64,000 nucleotides of DNA. Source: Epithemia pelagica (lineage: Eukaryota > Protista > Bacillariophyta). Location of the stretch: the NCBI GenBank assembly GCA_946965045.2, contig OX337236.1, positions 1,426,001 to 1,490,000 on the forward strand, in the 5' to 3' direction. This document shows, piece after piece, positions 33,504-42,874 of the stretch (the first letter of the stretch is position 1; the number at the start of each line of letters is the position of its first letter). The position numbers and the translations under genes are program-made. Below the pieces are notes generated by a model that saw only the letters and a list, made by a program, of their open reading frames with translations, was not told the DNA's origin and made no database searches.

Positions 33504-36503
33504 ATGTTGATTTTTCTATCGGCGTTTTCGTCATCGATTGGTTTGTCTATGTTGTATTCTATGATTTTGCTCTGTGGAGCATCCGCTTTCCAGCAACGAT
33601 TGGCACTCCAACAACTTTCACAAGCTTACAGGATCCGTCGTGCACCATTTGTTGCCACGACAGCGCTACAACGAGGATCCTACGGAACCCCGACGACTTG
33701 GTTGAGTATTGATCCGTATAAGCATTCATCACTTATGTTTTCCACCATGACTACGGAGAACCAAAACAACATGACCATGTCGTTTGGCGACAAGAGCAAG
33801 GACGATATCAGTGAAAGTGACAGGACGATGGTTCAAGAACGTTTTCTTACCAACCAAGAATTGGTCATGCAACGTGTCGCAGCTTCACGAGCACGAAGAG
33901 AAGCACGGCTCCGATCCCTGGAACAAACTGCAAACCGAAACTTTCAATTGAAAGAGCTGATTGAAAAGCAACATCACAATGGCGAAAGTGGAGGTGCAAC
34001 AAATCGAGCATCATCCATCGACCGTTCTTTGTATGCTCTGAAGGTGACAGTGTCAAGCGAGCTGCGAAAGCAAATGAAGTTGAGTGGGCGAGAGAAACGA
34101 GGTCGTGTCTTCTTGGAAGCTGACAGTCAAGCTGTTCGATCTCTCAGCACCTTAAAAGGTGAACTTGCGGGAGTTTTTCGCAAAATGCCAAAAGATTCCT
34201 TTGTTTTGGCCGCGGGCCTTCCAGTGCTGGCCCCGGATGGCTCCATTCTTCCTACTGCCGAAACAGCAAAGAGAGGGGACAATCATACCATCGGCAGCAC
34301 TACGAACAATGGTACTGACTCTGGCAATACTTTTTGGGACATTAATAGTGATGAAGACGTGGAAAAAACGTTTGCTGCGGCCGACAAGTTCTTTGACGAA
34401 AATAAAAATAGCCTGTTGAAGCGACCATCCATTATGATTCTTGTCAAACGAGATCCTAATGCACCACCACCACCTCCCCCTCCGGCATACCTTGACGACA
34501 TGGCCGATCCCTCTGAAACGACATCCATGACAATGTTATCATTTTATGCCTTTCCGCCAGGTGAAGGCATTGTCGACCCTGAACAATTTGCAACCGATTT
34601 AAGGAAGCAATGGCTACCCTTCCATGTACTGGGACGAGTATACGTTGCAAAAGAAGGGGTCAATGCACAAATGAGCTGTCCGACAAATGTTTTGACAAAT
34701 TTTATCCAATGTTGCAAATCTATTCCTGAGTTGGCGTACATGGAAAATGGAGTCAATATTGATCCAGTGACATTGTCAATGGAGGAGTATGCAGTCGCTG
34801 GCACCCCATCGGAAGGTGGACAACCGAGTCCGCCATTTCGCCGGTTGCATATTCGTGTGCGGAGTCAGGTAGTTGCCGATGGATTGGATAAGTCTTTGGA
34901 CTGGCAGTCAGCCGGCTATGATATGCCGCCCATGGAATGGCATGAAACCCTTCAAAAGATAAAGCAACAAAAGCAAAATGATAACCAAGACAAAACAGCA
35001 GTCGAAACACCCGTTATTCTGGACTGCCGCAATTCCTATGAAACGGACGTGGGAATATTTGAGGGTGCAGAACCTCTGGGCACAGTAAATTTTAGGGATA
35101 GCTGGGATGTGCTTCGGGAGCGATTGGCTGACACGCCGAAGGATGCTCCAATTATGGCATATTGTACGGGAGGCATTCGCTGTGTCAAGGTTGGTGCCTA
35201 TTTGACACAAGAAATGGGATTCACCAATGTTTCTCGCCTGGCTGGAGGAATCATTGCCTATGATAGGACATTAAATGAAGGTAATCCCGATGAAGACTCA
35301 CTCTTTAAGGGAACCAACTTTGTCTTTGATGGAAGATTGGGAAGGCCGATAACTGAAGATTCCATGGGTACCTGTATCACTTGTGGTGTTGAAACATCCT
35401 TGATGAGTAATTGCCGCAATAGTAACTGTCACAAACGTATGGTTCAGTGCGAAAAGTGCCGTACAAAGTACCATGGGACGTGCTCCACCGCCTGTCGCGA
35501 TCGAGTTCTTCATGGGTCGTCCATGTCTGCTCCAGAGGGGTCAAACAATGTTGACATAGACGATGAGGCAACAAAGCAAGGCGCAAGCTATGCGTCCTTG
35601 GATGAGTATAGCGCTGGCCAGTCGACTCCACCGCCGTCTTTGTATCGGGAAATGGAGTTTAATACAAAAGCGTTGATTCCAACGGGTTCTCATATGGTGT
35701 CAGGAGAAATGCAGGGACGTTTGTTGAAGCAACTGGCAGCAATGACACGACATGGTCGTGTTCTCGAAATGGGAACGTTTACTGGATATGCAACGGCCTG
35801 TTTGTTCGAAGGGGTTTGCCAACTCGCTGGATCACTTGATGCCTCCTCCGAGCTTGGTCCGTACGTCATGAGTATGGAAAGAGATGTCAAAGCTTTTAAT
35901 GTTGCAGTGGCCCACATGCAAGTTGTAACACATCTGGGCTTTGGCGAAGAAGCTACCGAATGCATTTGCGCACTTCGCAGTGCTGATGATAATCTTGTCC
36001 CACTCATCGAAGAGGAGACCGTGTCGTTGGTCTCGGAATCTGGAGCAAAATGTGATCTTATACATGTGTCCGATGCCTTGGCCACTTTAGAGGAGATGGC
36101 CGATGGTCGAGGTGACCTTGCTCCAGAGGCTCCGTTTGATCTGGTGTTTGTCGATGCGGACAAAACTCGACTGATTGATTATGCCAATGCTTGTCTAGCC
36201 AGCGACAGTTTGCTTCGTAAGGGTGGACTCATTGTTGTGGACAATGTGTTGTGGAAAGGGGCAGTCTTAGAAATGACTGCTAGCAATACTCATGACCCCA
36301 TGAATACGGAAGATACCGGTGACAGCGACGATATGAAAAGAGGCGAGCACTATCACGACGCTGCCGAGTTGAAGCGAAATCGCCGCACTCGCAAGCTTGC
36401 CAGCAAAATGCATCAATTCAATACAGCCATATCGAATGACAGTCGCGCCGAGGTTCTGGTACTCCCTCTTCGTGATGGTCTCAGCATCATTCGAAAGAAG
36501 TAG
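33504..36503 (+). CDS. Fusion protein: TrhO/UPF0176 rhodanese-type tRNA U34 hydroxylase plus cation-dependent O-methyltransferase (TrmR/CCoAOMT family), plastid presequence
   Basis: One 999-aa ORF. Presequence ASA-F. TrhO part: SFYAF, GRVYVAKEGVNAQ, ILDCRNSYETDVGIFEGA, YCTGGIRC, LAGGIIAY, KGTNFVFDGR and a Cys-rich tail. O-MT part: MVSGEMQGRLL, RVLEMGTFTGY, FDLVFVDADK, GGLIVVDNVLWKG and LPLRDGLSIIRK. Confidence 0.9.
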   Translation: MLIFLSAFSSSIGLSMLYSMILLCGASAFQQRLALQQLSQAYRIRRAPFVATTALQRGSYGTPTTWLSIDPYKHSSLMFSTMTTENQNNMTMSFGDKSKDDISESDRTMVQERFLTNQELVMQRVAASRARREARLRSLEQTANRNFQLKELIEKQHHNGESGGATNRASSIDRSLYALKVTVSSELRKQMKLSGREKRGRVFLEADSQAVRSLSTLKGELAGVFRKMPKDSFVLAAGLPVLAPDGSILPTAETAKRGDNHTIGSTTNNGTDSGNTFWDINSDEDVEKTFAAADKFFDENKNSLLKRPSIMILVKRDPNAPPPPPPPAYLDDMADPSETTSMTMLSFYAFPPGEGIVDPEQFATDLRKQWLPFHVLGRVYVAKEGVNAQMSCPTNVLTNFIQCCKSIPELAYMENGVNIDPVTLSMEEYAVAGTPSEGGQPSPPFRRLHIRVRSQVVADGLDKSLDWQSAGYDMPPMEWHETLQKIKQQKQNDNQDKTAVETPVILDCRNSYETDVGIFEGAEPLGTVNFRDSWDVLRERLADTPKDAPIMAYCTGGIRCVKVGAYLTQEMGFTNVSRLAGGIIAYDRTLNEGNPDEDSLFKGTNFVFDGRLGRPITEDSMGTCITCGVETSLMSNCRNSNCHKRMVQCEKCRTKYHGTCSTACRDRVLHGSSMSAPEGSNNVDIDDEATKQGASYASLDEYSAGQSTPPPSLYREMEFNTKALIPTGSHMVSGEMQGRLLKQLAAMTRHGRVLEMGTFTGYATACLFEGVCQLAGSLDASSELGPYVMSMERDVKAFNVAVAHMQVVTHLGFGEEATECICALRSADDNLVPLIEEETVSLVSESGAKCDLIHVSDALATLEEMADGRGDLAPEAPFDLVFVDADKTRLIDYANACLASDSLLRKGGLIVVDNVLWKGAVLEMTASNTHDPMNTEDTGDSDDMKRGEHYHDAAELKRNRRTRKLASKMHQFNTAISNDSRAEVLVLPLRDGLSIIRKK

Positions 36504-36782
36504 GCCATTGTGTATCTATGCGATGAAAGGTTTTCCCGCATCGTCCACGACCTAATTGAGTCGGTTTGTATTCCAGTCGTGCGTCCTGAGTCCCGAGGCC
36601 AAACGTGAACAATCTACGTCTCCGATACAAATATATCCGCGTTCCTCTTTTGGCATCTCATAAAATCGTGATCCAGTATGAGAATAAAGGACATTGAAAA
36701 GAACAAGAAATCTGGATCATTGGCTAAACGCACCAAGATAAAATAGAAGGAAGGCGTAGAAAATATCTGCTCCTATAACATA

Positions 36783-38150
36783 ATGCTTCTTCAGGAGGCC
36801 GCGTTGGAGCAACACGTCTTAAACGTCATGTCGCAGGGCCACATACGTGTGGCCGTGATGGGAAATGTCGACTCCGGTAAATCGACTCTAATTGGTACCC
36901 TACGACATAGTCAACTTGACGATGGTAATGGTGTCAATCGAAAGCTTGTCACTAAGTTTCGTCATGAACTCGAGTCCGGAAGAACAAGCACCGTCACTAC
37001 CCACTTGTTGGCATTTGATAAGGAGGGACAGATGATTGTTCCTCCCAGAAACGCAGGACGATACACCGAAGCCATACTTGCAAGAGAGGCGGATGGACGC
37101 GCAGTATCCTTGATGGATGTGGCTGGTCACGAGAAGTACTTCAAAACGACAATTTCCGGTTTGTCCCGTGGTATGGCTGACTACGCTCTTGTCTTCGTGA
37201 ATGCTTCTCAAGGAGTGACCTACATGACGAATCATCATTTGAGTCTGTGCCAAATGTGTGGAATCCCCGTCATTGTGGTGATAACTAAGGTGGACTCGGC
37301 CCCTGCGGACGTTCTCCGTCACACACGAAGCACTGTGGCCGCTGCTATCCGTTCGTCCAACATTGGTAAATCGCGATTCGCTGTTCGGAAAACTGCGGAT
37401 ATCGCTCACGTTAAAGACAAGATTCATGCAGTGACCCCAGTGTTGGATGTGTCTTGTGTTTCAGGTGAAGGTCTTGATCTTCTGCGTGAGATACTCAAGT
37501 CGTTGCCCAAGCGTCGGATGCATTCCAAAAAGATAAACCGTTCCTTTGAGTTTTTGTTGGAGGAAGTTTTCAACGTGACTGGAGTTGGAATGGTCTTGTC
37601 TGGATTCGTCAATGCCGGAAAGGTTAAACGGGGCGATGTCGTGTGTGCTGGCCCATTGTCTGGCGGGTCTTTCATCAGGACAACTGTGAAGTCGATTCAT
37701 GTTGCCCAAACCCCCGTAGATGAGGCTTGGGCAGGCCATTCGGCCTGTTTTGCTGTATCTATGACGAAGAAGCAAAGGAACATGCTTTCTCGCAAGGGAA
37801 CTGTGATTTTGAGTGAACCAATGCAGGAATCGGCAGTTGGTTTCACCGCCGATATTTGTTTGGCAACGGGAGACTCTGTCACGATGGTCAAAGGGCAAAC
37901 CCAGACTACAATGCATATTTTGCATTCCAAGCAATCGTGTCGACTCGAGGACTTTGAAATTGTGGATGACTGCGGAATGATGGAAAGCTTCGACAAATCT
38001 GTCCTTCGTCCTGGACAGCGTGCGATTGCAAGGTTCAAGTTTCTGCAGGGACCTCAATAAATTCGAACAGGAATGCGCGTCATTATTCGCGATGGCCATG
38101 TCCGTGGAGTCGGTATGATTGAAGAAGTGCATATGAAAAAGAAAACTTGA
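36783..38150 (+). CDS. GTPBP1/2-like translational GTPase; in-frame TAA at 38058-38060 precedes 29 more conserved-looking codons
   Basis: VAVMGNVDSGKSTL, RHELESGRTS, DVAGHEKY and TKVD; after the stop the frame reads IRTGMRVIIRDGHVRGVGMI. Confidence 0.85.
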
Positions 38151-38511
38151 ATGGAATAAAGAGCAAATCTATGGTACATGTACGTGATGTCGGCACTGGA
38201 AAGAAATGCACAAGAAAAACTCAAGCAAACTATATAGCTATCCCAAAGCAAATGTAGACATTGTGTGTTTGCCTTCAATGCACTGGTACAGTGAATGACA
38301 CTATAATATGTTGCTTTGCTCATGCAGCTTATCGTTTCCAGAGACAACTACGTTACAGGATAAACTTTCTGCTCTGGCCCCTGTAGTGTTCCGTACCATC
38401 ATTTGTGGCGTTAGTTACGATCAGATTTGTCGCATCATGAAAGAACAACGATTGTATATGTAAGCACTATTCCTGCGCATTTCTGTTCATCAGGTTGCTA
38501 TTTGCCTGACT

Positions 38512-39411
38512 TTAGATCGCTTGAGTGGTGGTAGAAGAGACGCTCGCTCTACCGTTCTCGTTCGCCGCATTCTGGATTTGTTCCGAGGCCCAGGAGGCAC
38601 AGCGACTGGCTGTATCGACACTTTTTTCGACGACTTTGTGGCGTTGGCAAAAGTCGGCAACCGATGCAGCGCACCATGTGAAAAAGTCTTTCGTCTTGAC
38701 CAAAATGTTGTGTTTTTGATCCATTTCCTTGGCTTTCTCCCATGCTTGGCCTGTGGCCTCCTTGCAACGCTCTACGACGTTGTGTTTCTCATCGATTTCT
38801 ACTGCGCGATCCCTTGCGTTCAGGGCCACGTCTCCCACAGCCCGAGCCGAGTCGCCCACAGCCCCTTCATTTTTGGTTGCATACGCGGCTCCGAATCCCA
38901 GCAGAATGCCAATTATTGGTCCACAAAAGAGACTGTCGATGCGATGAAGAAGAACACAAATAATAGAACGTTTATCAGCTGGCTGGCTCTAAAGAACAAT
39001 AGATGATAAGAAAAATGTGACATACCTTCCAAGAATCCCCGTGGCAACGCCTGCTCCCATCATGCGAGCTTTTTCTTTCTTTTCTTTCTCGGTAAGAACC
39101 GGTTGTCCGTCCTCCGGCATTGGATACTGTTGTTGTAACGGATCCGACGACAAAGAATCTGGAGGAAAAGACGTGCTTTGGTCAGCCTGTCTGACCAACA
39201 ATGGCTGCTCTTCACTGGCAACCACGTGAACATTGTTAGCGACTAAAAGTCCGTCATTCTCCATTGTTATGGAGGGTGCTTCCACAGCTGGAACGAGAGG
39301 AGGATCATTTGCGCCGTAGTGGGAAGACATGTCGCCGTGGTTGCTGTTGTCGTCTTTCCTGTGGTTACTATCGTCACTGTCTACGGAAGAGAATTTGTTG
39401 GAAACGGCCAT
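38512..39411 (-). CDS. Hypothetical membrane-associated protein; exons 39411-39026 and 38932-38512
   Basis: Phase-2 GT-AG intron 39025-38933 joins the two ORFs through a Gly-rich hydrophobic segment (GAGVATGILG|SLFCGPIIGILLGFGAAY). Confidence 0.72.
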
Positions 39412-39646
39412 GGAGATGGGTGATGCGAATGGTTTTACTTCTTCTTCTGAAGTTGTTAGAGAAAACCGACGAGGATCGGGAAGAATCGGGAATCGGGATC
39501 ACCGCATTCCCCCGCGCACGACTAAACTATGAGCGAGTGAAAAGCGATCTACTAGGGACCCGGATGTAGACTTTCATTTTTTGTCCTGCTGATAAAACAG
39601 GAATCAGAATGGCCAGCAACGGCTTCTTGGGAGGGGAACATGCAAC

Positions 39647-41642
39647 ATGAACGTAATAATTGCCGTTGACTTGGGAAGTAGTAGCGTGAAATGCAGTGCA
39701 TATGCTTTTTCTAACAAAAATGAAAGTAACAATGGCGAATCGCGCTTGTCGTCTTCTCCTCCAGTTATGGCAATCTCAGGAGCTCATGCCTCCAAATCCA
39801 TGAGAGCCGTATGCCCGCATACAGGTCATATCGAGAATGTGAACGAACTTCTCGTGGCTGCGGATCAATGTCTGGAAAATGTGCTTTCGGTGTTGCATTC
39901 GTCCAAGGATAAGAATGAGTACAAAATTGTCGCCGTTGGATTTTCCTCCTTCTCAATGAATCTTGTGGGCATCAATGCTATTGGGGCACCCGTGGGCAAA
40001 GAAGCAACCATGACGTATGCATGCAATACTGATCAAGTGGTGCAAGAAGTGGATCGCTTGAAACGGTGAGAAGAAAATGACATGATTTTGTGTCAAGATA
40101 CTACCATGAAGGATGTACTCATCTGTTCATGGTATTCTTTCTGGATTCAGGGATCTCTGCAAGGAGGATCAACGATCCATCTACCAAACTACAGGTACTC
40201 CACTGCATTCAGGCTATGCATTACCTCAACTACGCGTACTTTATGATACAAAGCCAGACCTAGCGAATGAAATCCATGTCTGGCAAACACTATCAAACAT
40301 TCTCATCGCGCGATGGTCAATCGATCCACAACAACAAAAGTCCACTGCTGTGCAGTTGCGCAATCTCCCCTTGTCGTATTCGGAAGCGAGTTGGACAGGA
40401 TTGTTCAATTTTCGTACAGGACAGTACGAGAAATCAGTCATGGCTCTCTTGCCATCGTCAGAGTGTCAAAAGTCCTTGCCTCCACAGTTGTGTGATTTTG
40501 ACGAGGATGATGAACAGTCGTCCTCACACATTCGTAGGCAGTGGGCTGCCAAATTTCGTTCGTCCTGGCCAGAAATCTTGTCGTCTGATTCTGATACTTT
40601 ATTTTTTCGGGGATTGGGCGATGGAGCATGTGCCAACATTGGGTCCAAGTGCAGCATTCCACATCGCATCGCCTGTACGATCGGAACATCCGCGGCGGCT
40701 CGTGTTTGCATTCCACATCCAATTGCAACACCGAAATCAGAAGCACTAGCGTCACATCAACAATCTTTCCCATCCCTTTATAAACTTGAGGTTCCACATG
40801 GGCTTTTTTGTTATCGGATTGATCGGAATCACGTTTTGTTGGGTGGTGCTCTAACCGACGGAGGCAGTGTGATTGAATGGATTCGACAGTTGCTTAATTT
40901 AACGGATAAGCAATCATTTCAACAGTGCATGGATCAAGTCGAAGGTTCGATTCGAAAGGCAGAAATGGACGCCAATGAGCAACTAAGCAAATCTCTTCAC
41001 TGTCCTCGTACGGCACTGACAACGGTTCCTTTTCTGAGCGGAGAACGCAGTACGGGGTATCGAGGTGGCTCAGTCGGTGTGATGTACGGGTTGTCGCGGG
41101 AAACAACACCAACGGACATGGTACAATCTTGTCTGGAGGGTGTCACGCTTCGCTTGGGTGCCATTGTACAACGGATTCAACAAGTCTTGCAGACTTTGCC
41201 GACAAGGACAACTTCGCCTGTATCCAAGCGAACAAAGACTGATCCACGTATTCTGGTCAGTGGGAAAGCGCTGGAATTGAATCATGCATGGCGGCAAATG
41301 ATTGCTAATTGTACAGGTTTGGATGTGCTACTCGACAAATCAACCGTGGATGGAACGAGTCGCGGAGTGGCAATGATGATTGGTTCCCGACTTGCTCAAG
41401 GATCATCGTCCGTGTCTCCCAAATCGTCCTTTCCGGAGCCGTCACTTTTTGTGGAGCCTCTCGAAGTTGAGATAACCTCAGAGGAGGAGGCGGGTCCCCT
41501 ACAACAAGGTCATGATCTGCACCATAACCATCACACACCACAATCTGACAGTGCGGCTTACTGGAAGTATTTGGAACATCATCAAGAAGCTGTTATTGCG
41601 GCCGTCTCACCCCTCTACAACCATAACACCAATGGGAAGTGA
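39647..41642 (+). CDS. FGGY-family carbohydrate kinase, gluconokinase-like; exons 39647-40065 and 40151-41642
   Basis: IAVDLGSSSVKC, TGTPLH, SEASWTGLFN, GDGACANIG, TIGTSAAARV, FCYRID, PFLSGER and GTSRG; GT-AG intron 40066-40150. Confidence 0.88.
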
Positions 41643-41831
41643 TGACATGAAAGCACACTGTATACAAAAGTAAGCAACAATTTGCAGTCCGTGAATACAA
41701 GGAAGTGCAAACGTCCTGCACTTTCGTCGCATAGTCGCATGTTGGGATTTGACGCATCATACTGAAGGCCATGAGAGATACTCTTTTTGTTTACCCTTTC
41801 CCTAGAATAGCATATCCAGCAACATCTAAAT

Positions 41832-42599
41832 TTATCGGTAATACAACTGTTGAGGGAGGGCGGATTCTTCGAGGCCGAACTGGTCAGTAAGGATGTCCGA
41901 AAGTTCCAAGAATGAGCGCGGTCCCAGTGCAAGATGAGACTTCATGGACTCGCGTCGTTTCCCTCCCGTAGAAACTAGCCATTGATCATGGACCATCCCA
42001 TTGAGGCACTGCTCAGCCATGTCCAGTGAGTAATTTGGCATAGAAGAAGCCGTGTCGCCCTCATCGTCTTGGCTGGAAGAATTGCGATTGCGCAGCTCAT
42101 TCTTGAGGTTGATAAGTGTGGAACGTGGAGCTGTTGCATGATGAGCCAAATGTTCCAGAATGGCACGTCGATGTTTCATTGCCATGGGTCCTCCCAAACA
42201 TGGCTTAACGAAGGCGATGCGAGAGGCACTCTGCTGAGTTGATGAATCACCTCCATTCGGAGTATGCTTGTGGATCATGGCCAAATACTTGGTGGTAGTT
42301 CTGCTTCGTTGCGACAATGATGGAGAGGCAGCTTCGTTATCATCATCGTCGTCCTGGGTGTTCTGAGTTCGAGCGGATGCATGGGGAAATACAATGCCGA
42401 CGATCTCTAGATTGGCCATTTGCAACGCCGAATTGCACTTGACCAAGCTATCTTGCAACGATGAAGCATCTTCAATTTGTCCTTTCGCATGGTAACCCTT
42501 CCACAGTTCCTGAACGCGTTCTTCTGTCATGCAGGTTTCGGCTAAAAGCCGCTGGTTCAACAACTTCTCACCCAATGAAAGCGGTGCAGTGTCTCTCAT
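41832..42599 (-). CDS. NSE1-like winged-helix protein (SMC5/6 subunit candidate), no RING finger
   Basis: Helical pattern ending in L..MVHDQWL...LALGPRSFLEL, reminiscent of Nse1; divergent from CDC27 across a ~275-bp spacer. Confidence 0.5.
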   Translation of the reverse strand: MRDTAPLSLGEKLLNQRLLAETCMTEERVQELWKGYHAKGQIEDASSLQDSLVKCNSALQMANLEIVGIVFPHASARTQNTQDDDDDNEAASPSLSQRSRTTTKYLAMIHKHTPNGGDSSTQQSASRIAFVKPCLGGPMAMKHRRAILEHLAHHATAPRSTLINLKNELRNRNSSSQDDEGDTASSMPNYSLDMAEQCLNGMVHDQWLVSTGGKRRESMKSHLALGPRSFLELSDILTDQFGLEESALPQQLYYR

Positions 42600-42874
42600 G
42601 ATTCCCAACGATGATTGCCAACTTCGGTCTTCGGTGTGAAAATGTCAAGGCGTGGGAAAACTTGCCGCCATTGTGATTTTCTTGCATGGTTTCGGCGCCA
42701 ACATGCGCGCGGGACGATGGCGCGGGAGAGGCGTGGCAGGCGTTTCCTCCTCACGCCATCTGGGCGATCGGTCACCCCTCTTTCTCCGACATGACACCCC
42801 GCCTTTTCTTCCTCCATCATACTTTTTCTCACGCCCACAAACTGAACTTGGCGAAGACAAAGAGACAATCGACG

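Noticed and set aside
28610-36503. Apparent clustering of plastid gene-expression genes (PSRP1, TrhO fusion, also sigma factor)
   Set aside because: They are interspersed with unrelated genes, and plastid-targeted genes are common enough for this to be chance.
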